Assembly (NCBI GenBank): GCA_011109175.1
Contig: RDEW01000002.1
Span: 633,459 to 683,851 of the forward strand
Source: Dicyema japonicum
Taxonomy: Eukaryota; Animalia; Dicyemida
Length of the DNA stretch: 50,393 bases
Reading direction: 5' to 3'
Part shown: positions 24,451 through 37,329 of the stretch, piece by piece
How the letters are laid out: every line of letters begins with the position of its first letter
How positions within the stretch are numbered: position 1 is the stretch's first letter
Notes under the pieces: model-generated
The model's database searches: none
Seen by the model: only the letters and a program-made list of their open reading frames with translations
What the model was told of the DNA's origin: nothing
Program-made: the position numbers and the translations under genes

Positions 24451-25560
24451 GCAATACTGCTTTCAGGCACTCAGCAAGACATAAGACGATATGGAGCTGC
24501 TACCGAAAGGACAAATCTAAGACTATCAAGCCTATATGTAACCAAATATATTACATTATCTGCAAACAAGCCTACAAGCCACTCCTAACAGACTCTCGGA
24601 GCTACAGGAGGACACTAGTAGAATGTAACCAAATATATTACATTATCTGCAAACAAGCCTACAAGCCACTCCTAACAGACTCTCGGAGCTACAGGAGGAC
24701 ACTAGTAGATAGTGATCACAAATTGGTTCTGGCACGATTCTTTTTCAAACGATATATTGGGGTTTCCAAAGCGGCTGGCATGAGGATATCTGAAGGGAGA
24801 TCGCAGTGGAGCAACTCTGCATGGTGGGACCGACTCGGGAAAGCTATCAAAATACATTGAGAAAAAAGATCAGACGGTGGAATAAAGAAAAATGCCTGGG
24901 GAGCTATGGCAAAACACCATCGATGCAATAAAGTGCGCGGCCCATTCAACAGTTGGAGTAAAACCAAAGCATTTCAACGGACACTATGACCACGAGATTG
25001 AAGAACTATCCAAATTGCAGAGAAACCTACGTTCGCAGGTCGTGTCTATTGCAGAGGAACCTACCTGTCAGGACCAGGCAAAGGAACACATTCTAAGAGT
25101 CATGCGGAACCAAACCCTGCACAAAATAAAGAAAAGAACGAGGGAAATAAAGGAAAATAAACTTGTTGAAACGGCTAAAGAAGTAGAAAAGCTCAAAAAC
25201 GGAGCGCAGATGTTCAAGGCTGTTCACCTACTACATAGAGACACGCAGTCATCAAAAATCACAATACATGATCAGTTTGGAAAGACTATGTTAAACAAAA
25301 ATAAAATTTTATCGCCATATCCAGCCATTATCAGCTGGCCTTCAATAAAAACTACAGGGAAACATCAAACAATTCGATTGTGAAGCACGATAACTAAATA
25401 TTCCGATAACGATTCTGAAAACAAAAAAAGCCCTGGACAAATTAAACAACAATAGAGCTGCTGGCCATGACAACATAAACGCAGAACTTCTCAAATATGC
25501 ACCGACTGAGATCTCTGAGCTATTAACTGAGATATACAACAAAACATTCAACCAAGTAAT
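24450..25560 (+). mobile_element. RTE-like LINE remnant (APE end to RT start)
   Basis: NTAFRH..RHKTIW, NQIYYI, DSDHKLV and LNNNRAAGHDNINAELLKY. Confidence 0.8.
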
Positions 25561-26562
25561 AAATATATCATCCAACAATTTTTAAAAAACGAAAATAAAA
25601 GTCCGTGCTCTTCAGGGTTAAAATTTTTCATCCGACGTGGGGATTTATATTTTCCTATTAATAATGGCTTCAATTTTTTGCCACAAGCACTGACCGACAA
25701 AAGCATAGTGACTTTTTCTTTACTCCTTTTAATTCCAAAACAATCTTCATCTGAAGTTACAAATGATTTTGATGTTATTCTTTTAATGTACAATTCCGTT
25801 TCATCGCAGTTGAAAATATTTTCAATGCCATAGTTATTAACATAGTCATCGTACTTATCAAAAAAATTCCAAGGCAAGAAATATCACACGAATTTTTTTC
25901 GCCACTTATTGTCTTAAATGACAGATTGTGTCTTTTCTTAAATTTTTCAAGCCAACCATTCAAACCTATGAATGAGGTATAATTCAAATTCCTAGCTACT
26001 TTTATAGCAATGTTTTTAAGAATAGGTCCTGAAACGGGAATAAATTCTTCCCTTGTTTTAAAAAAGCATTCATAAACAATTTTATCGAATTTCTGTGACA
26101 GAATGTCTCTTCTCTGTGAAATTTGACTAGACAATTTGATTGTACGGACCCATTATTTATAAATTTCATATAATTTTGTTTAATTCTAGATACTGCTCCT
26201 AAATAATAGAATTATCAAATGACCTTTACTAATTTTATACTTTTTGACAATATCTCGTTCGCTCATGAAACAATTTTCGTTGATTTCTTGAGCAATTTTA
26301 AACTTTAACTCTAGAGTAAGCTTGCTCCCCATGACACCTAAAACACAAATCTAGCATGCGAAGTTTAAGAAAATTTTATATAATTAAATTTAATATTAAT
26401 TGCAAAACTTTAAATAAATTAAAAAAATTAAGTGCCCCACGAAGAGGTTCAGGTATTTTCCAAATTTGGAAATTACTGTATAAAAATGATCTAATTTTCA
26501 AACTGCTCCAAAACCAGGGGGTGCCCCAATGAGGAGGTCCGCCCCAAATGGAGGTTGCACTG
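25560..26562 (-). mobile_element. pogo/Tigger-like transposon, 5' half with TIR
   Basis: NGWLEKFKKRH and FNCDETEL; terminus TA|CAGTGCAACCTCCATTTGGGG at 26562. Confidence 0.88.
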
Positions 26563-26599
26563 TATTAGTATAACCCCGGGAACAGAGAAGAGAGGAAAA

Positions 26600-27020
26600 A
26601 TTTATCGTCTAATTAAGTGATCCCGGTGTTAGTGCGTTCTCCTTTGTTTCAACTTTTTCTGCAATCTTTTATGATTGTGGGAAGGTTTAATCTCAAATTT
26701 GCGAGCATACTTCTGGTTGGCAAGAAACTCATCTCCAAGGGGCTACCAGAAGATCACACCATTTTCAAGAATTTTTGTTGTTCGTCACAGAGATGTTCCA
26801 TAACTTTTTTGAAATCTAATGTGTTCCTAATTTCTTACGTAGGCGTCATTCTGTTACATTTAAGAAGGATCTGGAGGCATCGGTTTTGTATGACCTCTAT
26901 TTTGTTCTGCGTGAATATTGACAAGGGTTTAATCTATGCCGTACATGCATGTTCCATTGTCGGTAGAATATACTGTTTGTATAATAGTCTACTGACCAGG
27001 AAGTCGGTTTGGAGTCGTAG
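26600..27020 (-). mobile_element. LINE RT C-terminal remnant
   Basis: Minus-strand LLYKQYILPTMEHAC...KIEVIQNRCL. Confidence 0.6.
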
Positions 27021-27469
27021 CCGTCTCAATAGAACATTGTATGTTTTTTATAATCGTTAATAATTATAATATTATAAAAGAATCGTCAAATTAAGCATGT
27101 TCCATTGTCGGTAGAATATACTGTTTGTATAATAGTCTACTGACCAGGAAGTCGGTTTGGAGTCGTAGCCGTCTCAATAGAACATTGTATGTTTTTTATA
27201 ATTGTTAATAATTATAATATTATAAAAGAATCGTCAAATTAATATTTTTAAATAAATATTTTAAAAGATGTTGTTGTCGGACGAGGAGAATGATGTAGTA
27301 GAATTATGTAAATTATGTGAGATCAATATAAACATTGATTTATTAAGGTAATATTATTATTTAGAGTAGAATAATAATTAATTTATTAAAGATTGATGTA
27401 TCCCCTCTAGCCATTGTACAAATTATCAAATCAATGTCATCGGAATATAATTTATCCAATAAATAATAT

Positions 27470-27660
27470 AATAGTATTTGTTTGTGTTTAAATAATCTAA
27501 GGACTGTTCTTAACAATGTCATATCTTTTTTGGTTGAGTCAAAAAAACGTGGACTATTTATAATACTTCTACCACTTCATCATTGAGATGCGTTAGTATA
27601 AAAACATCCTTTCTTATACTATTTTACATGGGCTGGAGTGCAATAGCGGGAAAATGCTTC
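27470..27660. repeat. Dispersed repeat of about 190 nt, second copy at 42610-42800
   Basis: Direct similarity (AATAGTATTTG...AATAGCGGGAAAA); family not recognised. Confidence 0.75.
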
Positions 27661-27989
27661 TGAAACTAAATTAATTAAATTAAAATTATTTTCAAAGACC
27701 AAAAGAAACCAAACTAACTAACTCCTAGATCCTGACTAGTTCCAGCATTCCAGAACTTGTCACCAAGTAACGACGTTGTCCCCGGGGAAGAATTGTTGGA
27801 TCTTCTTGATGTCGGGCAGGCATTGGGCCTCAGTAAGATGGATCCAGTGACGCCATCGGAAGAAAAATAATTTTGGCAAACTATCCATATAGCACCACAG
27901 GGAGTCACGCCTGATCTGTTCATTGGAAATTGTGGATAAGATGAAAGAAATGTTCCTGGTGACACGCTGTACTTGAGTTAGGAAATTGC

Positions 27990-29460
27990 CTAGTCTATTT
28001 AACCTAGGGTTGTCGAAATTTTATTAGAGGAAGCGGGGTGGTGGCCTAATCATTTTATATCAGAAAGACCATAAATGTGTGGACATCATTTCAGTGGTGA
28101 AGAATATCTTGGGAGACGACGATGTTACTGAAGTAAATGCAGTCTCACTTGGGACTTCAAATGGTAAAATTACCTTTGTGAACGTCTATTTGCCTCCACC
28201 TGGATCTTGCACTACACTATGTCCAATTCATCTACTTTGGCTAACTTGAACGACGTGATCATTAAGTGGAATATCAACGCCAAATACCCTCTATGTTTGG
28301 CAAGTCAACCGTCCGATTCAAAAGGAAAAGTACTACTTGCTCAGACAGGACCTTTCACGGTCATGAATGACCCGTCAGAACATACGAGAACCCCCTTCAT
28401 AGAGTCAGACAAACTAACTTCTCTTAGACATCATGTTTTGTTCTCCTGGCCTGGCGGCAATATCGACTTGGTCAGTCACTTACAACTCAAGAAGTGACCA
28501 TAATGTGATCCTTTTAAAGATCGAGAGAAAACGTCAACCAGGAGGACGTTCCCAGAACAATTCAACCACAAACGAGACTTTACCGTGCACTTACAGACAA
28601 CCTACTGCAGAACCTGGATGGCATTACTTCCATGGACGAAGTAGTCGCAAATGTAACCCGCACTATTTTGGATAGAGATCACTATCTGTACCTAAACACC
28701 ACCTTAACTACACCAGGGGATATGACAGGTCAACTTTAACCAAGGAAAGAAATGAACTCAAAAGTCTGCCGATTAATTACTGAGGTTAAATTTAGACTGA
28801 AGGCTTTGAACAATCATCTAAAAAACAGAGAGGTAAAAGCACAAATATCAAGAAGGAAGCATGTGTTCTGTTCGTTGAATAGAAATAGACCACTATTAAA
28901 TTTGGAAGACCATCCGAGACGCCTCAAGAGAGGATGACCACAGCAAAATAAACTTAAACAGCCTAATAAAATACTATGTGAAAATATCCCATAAAGACCA
29001 TAAGAAATCGGATGTATCTCAGAAATATCTCAGTAAACCGAAAAGGAACCGGATACGATTCACTTTACTGAAAACGACGTGAGAAATGCATTGAAAGCCA
29101 TTAAAACAACCTATTCTAACGGACCGGATAAGATTCCAATGATCCTCTTAAAGAACTTGGGAGACCATGGAATCGCTGCATTAACAAAGATATTCAACCA
29201 CTCCATTAACAAAAATTATATTCCAGTCTTATGGAAGCTTGCCACCTACGTCCAATTTTGAAACCCGGTAAAGTGCAGAAGGACCAAGCATCATACAGAC
29301 AGGTCGCGTTATTGTGATTGGTGTCGAAAATTCTGGAAAGGCTGGTTCTTGCGAAAATCAAAAAATTTCTTCCAGACTTGTCATTTCAACATGGTTTTAA
29401 AAAGGAGAGGTCTACTTCGACCCACTTATCTGCATTGACTAACTTTATATGATATGGTTT
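27990..29460 (+). mobile_element. Decayed Ingi/Vingi-like LINE (APE-RT)
   Basis: RGGGLIILY, NVYLPP, SDHNVI, GPDKIPMILLKN and FQHGFKKERST. Confidence 0.8.
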
Positions 29461-29646
29461 CTGGTACAGGCCGGGACACATGGATTCGTGTCGAAAATTC
29501 TGGAAAGGCTGGTTCTTGCGAAAATCAAAAATTTTTTGCCGGACTTGTCATTTCAACATGGTTTTTAAAAGGAGAGGTCTACTTCGACCCACTTATCTGC
29601 ATTGACTAACTTTATATGATATGGTTTCTGGTACAGGCCGGGACAC

Positions 29647-31830
29647 ATGAAGACTGCACTTTGCTCCAATGACGTCCACAAATCTTTCGAGAAAATGCGG
29701 AGTGGTTCACCTGTATGGTGGTGTTGTGCATCACATGATGTTAAAAAGAACTACACTTTCCCTATCTCTATCCATGAAGGAGGATGGTTTTCCAGGTACG
29801 TTTTAATTTTGTGTGGTGACGTCGAATCCAACCCAGGCCCTGAAATCAACCTGGTCCTAGGAAAACTATAAATATTGTCAATGTATATATTCCCCCTACT
29901 ACCTCCTGTCCAAGTGGGGACAGAATTCTACTTTTTTTAATTTTGAAAGCGCGGATTGTTCCAACTTCTCTAATTACATCGACACCAATATGGAAGTATT
30001 TTACACATTGGTATTATCATCAATTGACCACATGATTAAAACTTTCACGGACATAATACTCAAAGCAAAAAAACTATTTATTCCAATGGGATGTTATCAA
30101 ACAAGGAATACCTATTATAATATGCATACAAAAACACATATCAGAGAAAGAAATAAATTAAAGAGGCAAAAGGAATTATCAAATGACGATTTCCAAAAAA
30201 TGAAAACCTAAATATACAAATTAAACAAGTTATCAGTCGAGAATCAAAATGCGATTGACATCACTTATTGATTCTCTATTGCCAAACACATCCGAGACGC
30301 TAATATAAAAGAAAATTAAATATTTGAGACGTTGCAATGAAGGCTCTGAGAAAGCCTTCCACGGACAAGGATGTAGGAACATCGACCCAAATGTTTTAAT
30401 GAAGCACTATGTCGCAATCAGCCATAAAAATTTCTCGAGGGAACACAGAGTCTACAAAAAGAAGTTGTATTCATCATATGATTCGATTTTCTTTACTCCG
30501 CAAGAAGTTCGAAACGCAATCATGGATGCCAAAAACTCCCGTTCCCAATATGCTGACAATGTCTCGATGATGGAATTGAAACACCTTGGTGAAAAAGCAA
30601 CTGAACAATAATATGATACCTTCTATATTGAAGAAATAAACGCAATCATGGATGCCAAAAACTCCCGTTCCCAATATGCTGACAATGTCTCGATGATGGA
30701 ATTGAAACACCTTGGTGAAAAAGCAACTGAACAATAATATGATACCTTCTATATTGAAGAACTCCATAATTCTGCCAATTCGGAAGCCAAACAAATTTGC
30801 AATTGATCCTTCTAATTATCGTCCAATTGAAATATTATGTGCAATGTCCCAAATTTTAGAAAAAATAATTTTAACACGAATCAAAGATATTGTACCAAAT
30901 CGAGTATTCCAACATGGATTCCGTGAAAATCATTATACTACGACTCACATAACGAAATTAACTCAATATATATATCTGACGGATTCTCCTATCCGAAACC
31001 ACATAAAAGAACCATAATGGCTTCAATAGACTTGAAGAAATCATTTGACTCCGTGTCCCGGCTTATAGAGAAAATTTCTGACACTCTTATAAATCCAAAC
31101 ATTGAAAGATGGCTGTCGAACTTTTTTAAATGGAAGAAGAGGACAAGTGATGTCTGACAACAGAAAATCTAAATCCCGTTTATTGCCGAATGGTGTCTCT
31201 CAAGGTTCACCTCTCTTTCCCCTACTCTTCAACCTGTACACCAATGACCTTCCCACCAATGACGATCCCGATACATTGATGCTCTCATACGCAGATGACA
31301 TTGTACTTGCGACGAGAGACTCTAACTATGAGAAGGCAGGGATGAAACTTCAAGTTATATTGGTATGTTGGAACATTGGCTCATATCAAATCGACTGGAA
31401 GTTTCTACAGGAAAGTCGTTTATAACAATTTTTTCTACATATAGAAGATCATTATACTCTCCCAAATTCAAATTGTTTGGATGTGAAATTCCTATGAATA
31501 AGTCTCCAACAATACTAGGATTAAAGTTGGATACTCTTTTGACATACGGCCAACACGTCAATGACGTTACTACCAAAGTCAGGAGGAGGATCAACATATT
31601 GAAAATTTTGTCCCGATCACCAATCGGGCTCAACACCTTCTTAAATCTACTGAAAATTTACAGACAATACATACTGCCAGTAATCGAATACACATGTCCT
31701 TCCTGGAGCTCGATGATTTCTGAATCGTCGTCTCAAAAATTAAATGCCGCACAAATTGCTGCCTTGAAAATAATAAATAAGAAAACTGTGGATAACGTAT
31801 TGAATGTTAAAAAACACCTAAGGTGAAGAG
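29647..31830 (+). mobile_element. Ingi/Vingi-like LINE family B (2A, deleted APE, RT)
   Basis: YVLILCGDVESNPGP at 29797-29841; NYRPI, QHGFR, QGSPLFPLLFNLY and YADD. Confidence 0.85.
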
Positions 31831-32213
31831 TGAAGTCATTTCTACAGTAGGCAATGAAAACCGGCTGTCCTCTTTCACTCTAAATCTGCCTAGCTAGATA
31901 ATGCGGGGAATCTATGGAGAATGAGACGGTCCCCGTTTCTAACAACTCTGTTGGATCTTCGAGGACCCCGAACGAGAGCCAGAACCCGGAAATCCGGGAT
32001 CACTTAGTTAGTAGTTAACTTTTAACTTTTTCTAATCCGATGATCTTGGGGTAAAAAAAGAAGCTTTCGACTCTGTGTCAAGGAGGATTCCACTCATCTC
32101 TTGGACGAATGTCTTTAAGATCGAGGCTAGCCTAAAAAAAGCCTCAAAAATCACGGAACGATGGATTTCTGGAGAGTTCCAGCCACCATTACCACTTGAA
32201 GCCTTGTTGTGAA

Positions 32214-32336
32214 TGATCCATGGAACGCGCCGTCGTGACTGCGAAGGTCCAGTCATTCGACCGATACGTGCTTGTGTGAGGTCGAGGGAGGAGCATTGGG
32301 ACAAGATGAGGTCCCTGCTAGTGCGTGCTGGGATCA
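32214..32336 (+). repeat. GC-rich structured repeat, copy 1 (others at 33955-34076 and 34899-35020)
   Basis: Nested inverted repeats forming a four-helix junction, followed by (TAT)n. Confidence 0.7.
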
Positions 32337-32488
32337 CGTGATTAGTTAGTTTGTGTAACAGTAATCTCTGGTGCTATTATTATTATTATTTTAAATTATT
32401 GTGTGGTTAACGTGGTGTCTTGTGGCTCACCGGATAAGCTGTCACCCATTCCGGAAAAGAACGAAAAGAGCCAATAACTTCTCCCCAC

Positions 32489-33307
32489 NNNNNNNNNNNN
32501 NNNNNNNNNNNNNNNNNNNNNNNNNNNNNNNNNNNNNNNNNNNNNNNNNNNNNNNNNNNNNNNNNNNNNNNNNNNNNNNNNNNNNNNNNNNNNNNNNNNN
32601 NNNNNNNNNNNNNNNNNNNNNNNNNNNNNNNNNNNNNNNNNNNNNNNNNNNNNNNNNNNNNNNNNNNNNNNNNNNNNNNNNNNNNNNNNNNNNNNNNNNN
32701 NNNNNNNNNNNNNNNNNNNNNNNNNNNNNNNNNNNNNNNNNNNNNNNNNNNNNNNNNNNNNNNNNNNNNNNNNNNNNNNNNNNNNNNNNNNNNNNNNNNN
32801 NNNNNNNNNNNNNNNNNNNNNNNNNNNNNNNNNNNNNNNNNNNNNNNNNNNNNNNNNNNNNNNNNNNNNNNNNNNNNNNNNNNNNNNNNNNNNNNNNNNN
32901 NNNNNNNNNNNNNNNNNNNNNNNNNNNNNNNNNNNNNNNNNNNNNNNNNNNNNNNNNNNNNNNNNNNNNNNNNNNNNNNNNNNNNNNNNNNNNNNNNNNN
33001 NNNNNNNNNNNNNNNNNNNNNNNNNNNNNNNNNNNNNNNNNNNNNNNNNNNNNNNNNNNNNNNNNNNNNNNNNNNNNNNNNNNNNNNNNNNNNNNNNNNN
33101 NNNNNNNNNNNNNNNNNNNNNNNNNNNNNNNNNNNNNNNNNNNNNNNNNNNNNNNNNNNNNNNNNNNNNNNNNNNNNNNNNNNNNNNNNNNNNNNNNNNN
33201 NNNNNNNNNNNNNNNNNNNNNNNNNNNNNNNNNNNNNNNNNNNNNNNNNNNNNNNNNNNNNNNNNNNNNNNNNNNNNNNNNNNNNNNNNNNNNNNNNNNN
33301 NNNNNNN
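32489..33307. other. Assembly gap (N run)
   Basis: Ns in the sequence. Confidence 1.
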
Positions 33308-33900
33308 CCCTAATGGGGATTCCCAAGATCCCCTTTGTCTCCAGTTTTATTCAACCTATTCATGGCGGTTCACCCACTCCAGACTCCGAAATTGATATTA
33401 TTCTAAATTATGCCGACGACAGTGTCATTGCGTCACGCGATCAGGACATCAAATTGCCATTTCGAAGTTGCAAGAAAACCTGGACCGTCGTGATGAATGG
33501 TTATCGAAGAATCGCCTAACTGTCAGCACTGAAAAGTCTGTCACATCCCTATTTACTTCAGACAAGAGACTGGGTAGACAAACGGTCGAACTGAAGGCAA
33601 ACAATGAAGCTATTCCTTTCAGAAAATCTCAAAGGATCCTTGTGATGACTTTTGACATGCATATGTCATTCTCTCCCCATGTTGAAAATGTTATTACGAA
33701 ATGCAAAAAGTAAACTAATTTTCTAAAATGCCTCACAGGCTTATAGACGATCGAAAAACATTCTGTTTTGAGCACCGAATATAAACAATTCATTGAACCA
33801 TGCATCTATAATGCATGTGGTATATGGGGCCCACTCATCTCTTGGACGAATGTCTTTAAGATCGAGGCTAGCCTGAAAAGAGCCTCCAAAATCACGGAAC
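33308..33900 (+). mobile_element. LINE RT C-terminal half, decayed
   Basis: YADD, WLSKNRLTVSTEKS and YKQFIEP..W.PLIS. Confidence 0.8.
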
Positions 33901-33954
33901 GATGGATTTCTGGAGAGTTCCAGCTACCATTGCCACTTGAAGCTTTGTTGTGAA

Positions 33955-34076
33955 TGATCCATGGAACGCGCCGTCGTGACTGCGAAGGTCCAGTCATTCG
34001 ACCGATACGTGCTTGTGTGAGGTCGAGGAGGAGCATCGGGACAAAATGAGGTCCCTGCTAGTGCGTGCTGGGATCA
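33955..34076 (+). ncRNA. Candidate structured cis-RNA (cloverleaf), family unknown, copy 2
   Basis: Complementary pairs TGATCC/GGATCA, ACGCGC/GTGCGT, GTGACTG/CAGTCAT, TCGACC/GGTCGA and GGGAC/GTCCC. Confidence 0.4.
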
Positions 34077-34140
34077 CGTGATTAGTTAGTTTGTGCAACA
34101 GTGGTCTCTGGTGCTATTATTATTATTATTTTAAATTATT

Positions 34141-37100
34141 GTGTGGTTAACGTGGTGTCTTGTGGCTCACCAGATAAGCTGTCACCCATTCCGGAAAAGA
34201 ACGAAAAGAGCCAATAACGTCTCTCCACCTCTTGGGGGCTCCCGTATACTATGTGCCTCCGTCTCCGTTTTGTGTCATCATTGTTCTGGACTTTTGATTT
34301 TGCTATGTGGTGACATTGAAACAAACCCTTGTCCACGCGGAGACTTAATAATTTTACAACTAAATACAAATGAAATTAAAAAGAAAATCCTAGAACTTCG
34401 AGCTCTTCTCTCCGCAATTCGAGCTGACGTTTCTTTCATTCAGGAATCCAAGCTTTCATCTTCCACGTCAACATTCTCTTTCCCGGGATACACAGTAATC
34501 CGTAGGACCGTCAGGGAAGACTAGGTGGAGGACTACTAACAATTTTAAAGAACGGTATACCTTTCATTGACGTGAGTCGACGAAGCTCAGAACTTTTAGA
34601 CTCAGACGATACCATGTAGCAAATCATTATCAAAATGGAGCTGTACTCGTCTTTTTGGATCAACTTGATTAACCTATATATTCCACCAAAAGGATCCTGT
34701 CCAAAATCCTACATCCCAAATATACCCCGCCTCTCAGTACTAAAGAACGCTCTAAGATGCGGTGACCTAAATGCCCGACACCTTGTTTGGCTNATGTCTT
34801 TAAGATCGAGGCTAGCCTGAAAAGAGCCTCAAAAATCACGGAACGATGGATTTCTGGAGAGTTTCAGCCACCATTACCACTTGAAGCCTTGTTGTGAATG
34901 ATCCATGGAACGCGCCGTCGTGACTGCGATGGTCCAGTCATTTGACCGATACGTGCTTGTGTGAGGTCGAGGAGGAGCATTGGGACAAGATGAGGTCCCT
35001 TCTAGTGCGTGCTGGGATCACGTGATTAGTTAGCTTGTGTAACAATGGTCTCTGGTGCTATTATTATTTTAAATTATTTTGTGGTTAACGTGGTGTCTTG
35101 TGGCTCACCAGATAAGCTGTCACCCATTCCGGAAAGGAACGAAAAGAGCCAATAACTTCTCCCCACCTCTTGGGGGTTCCCGTAAGCTATGTGCTTCCGT
35201 CTCCGTCTTGTGTCATCATTGTTCTGGACTTTTGATTTAGCTATGTGGTGACATTGAAACAAACCCTTGTTCACGCGGAGACTTAATAATTTTAAAACTA
35301 AATACAAATGAAATTAAAAAGAAAATCCTGGAACTTCGAGCTCTTCTCTCCGCAACTCGAGCTGACGTTGCTTTCATTCAGGAATCCAAGCTTTCATCTT
35401 CTACGTCAACATTCTCTTTCCCGGAATACACAGTAATCCGTAGGACCGTCAGGGAAGACCAGGTGGAGGACTACTAACAATTTTAAAGAACGGTATACCT
35501 TTCATTGACGTGAGTCGACGGAGCTCAGAACTTTTAGACTCAGACGATACCATGTAGCAGATCATTATCAAAATGGAGCTGTACTCGTCTTTTTGGATCA
35601 ACTTGATTAACCTATATATTCCACCAAAAGGATCCTGTCCAAAATCCTACATCCCAAATATACCCCGCCTCTCATTACTAAAGAACGCTCTAAGATGCGG
35701 TGACCTAAATGCCCGACACCTTGTTTGGCTCATTCACAGTCCACTGACACCGAGGCGAGTTCATCGCAAATGGTGTTATTGATACGTTTATCCTAAAAGA
35801 TCTTAAATTACGCACTAAAACCCTATTAAGCAGCACTGATAGCTGCAGCTCTTATGATTTTACCCTATGTTCACCCTCTTTAAAAGGAATCACTGCATGG
35901 GNATTATCAAAATGGAGCTGTACTCGTCTTTTTTGATTAACTTGATTAACCTATATATTCCTTCACAAGGATCCTGACCAAAATCCTACACCTCAAATAT
36001 ACCCTGCCTCTCAGTACTAAAGAACGCTCTAAGATGCGGTGACCTAAATGCCCGACACCTTGTTTGGCTACATTCACAGTCCACTGACACCGAGGCGAGT
36101 TCATCGCAAATGGTGTTATTGATATGTTTATCCTGAAAGATCCTAAATTACGCACAAAAACCCTATTAGGCAGCACTAATAGCTGCACCTTTCATGATTT
36201 TACCCTATGTTCACCCTCTTCAAAAGGAATCACTGCATGGGATGTGGACTTAGGTTCTCCTGCGATCATAATCACATCCTTGTTACGTTAAAAGGATTTC
36301 GAAGATGCCGGACATTACTGCCCGAAGTGAAAAGTTTCAAGTATTATAAGAAAGTTTGCTGGCCTGGCTTCTCTGACTCCATAGACCTGGAATTGGTCAA
36401 AGGACAATTATCCCATATACGTTCGATAGACGAAGCCGCAAAAATCATCAGTGTGGCCATTCAAAAGGCTGACAGCATATTTATTCCTTTCTCATTATAC
36501 ACGATTTTTATACCTACCCTCTATTCCTGGACACTTACACTCATAAAACGTAGGAACCAAATAAAAAGATGCCATCTGACGGAGTTGAAATCTATCAGAC
36601 AACTAAATAAAAATATCAGTAACATAGGTGGCGTCATCTAATCAATCACCTTAACGGAAAAGTTCATCTCACCAATTTTGGAAAACATTAAAACAAATTA
36701 AATTAGAGTTGGAAGATGCGAATAGAACCTGCAGCCCCTCTCCAGAACATATTTGTCATATATTCCCTTATCTACATAGGAAACATTACGTTTCTATCAG
36801 TTTCAAGAAATTCTCTAAACAACTCGTTGTCAAAGTACGTGACCGCAAACCGAAAAATGAATCTTACCAAGAACTATTTTCAGACAAGCAGGTTTCAGAG
36901 TTTATCGTCGGATTAAAGAACTCACGGGCCTGCGACCCAGACAAAGTATCTTCAATTCACCTAAAAAACCTAAGCAAATACGCAATTAGCTACCTAACGG
37001 AAATTTTTAACCTGTCCGTTAACTGAAATACTATCCTTTAAATATAAAAGAACTCGGTCACCATTCCAATTCATAATGCCGGAAAACCAAAAGAAGATCC

Positions 37101-37270
37101 AAGTTTATACAGACCAATCTCATTGACCTCTACTATATTAAAAAAGTTAGAAAAGTCGATCCTATCTGAAATTACTCTTTCCCTAACTCAACCGAATTTC
37201 CAACACGGATTTCGTTCTGGAAGATCAACCACGACTTTCTTATCAACGTTTTCTCAGTTCATTTCGGATG
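34141..37270 (+). mobile_element. Ingi/Vingi-like LINE family C (2A-like, APE, RT start), locally duplicated around single-N breaks
   Basis: LLILLCGDIETNPCP, then IILQLNTNEIKKK, IQESKL, CGDLNARH, CDHNHI, YRPISLT and QHGFRSGRSTT. Confidence 0.85.
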
Positions 37271-37329
37271 TCCCGAAATTATGGGGAAAAATGACTACAA
37301 TCAGTTTATGAACCACTGATCTAACCAAC

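Noticed and set aside
26617-27060. 147-aa plus-strand ORF and similar ORFs (1397, 23991, 40823, 50063)
   Set aside because: Antisense shadows of retrotransposon coding remnants.
34010-34110. Loose resemblance of the structured repeat to SRP helix 8 or U1/U11 snRNA
   Set aside because: Only short word matches; the diagnostic 5' splice-site-binding sequence and the GNRA-capped helix 8 are absent.
34205-34260. HDV-like (L1Tc Pr77-type) ribozyme near CCACCTCTTGGGGGCTCCC
   Set aside because: Partial P1/P3-like pairing only; no P1.1 GG, P2 partner or J4/2 found.
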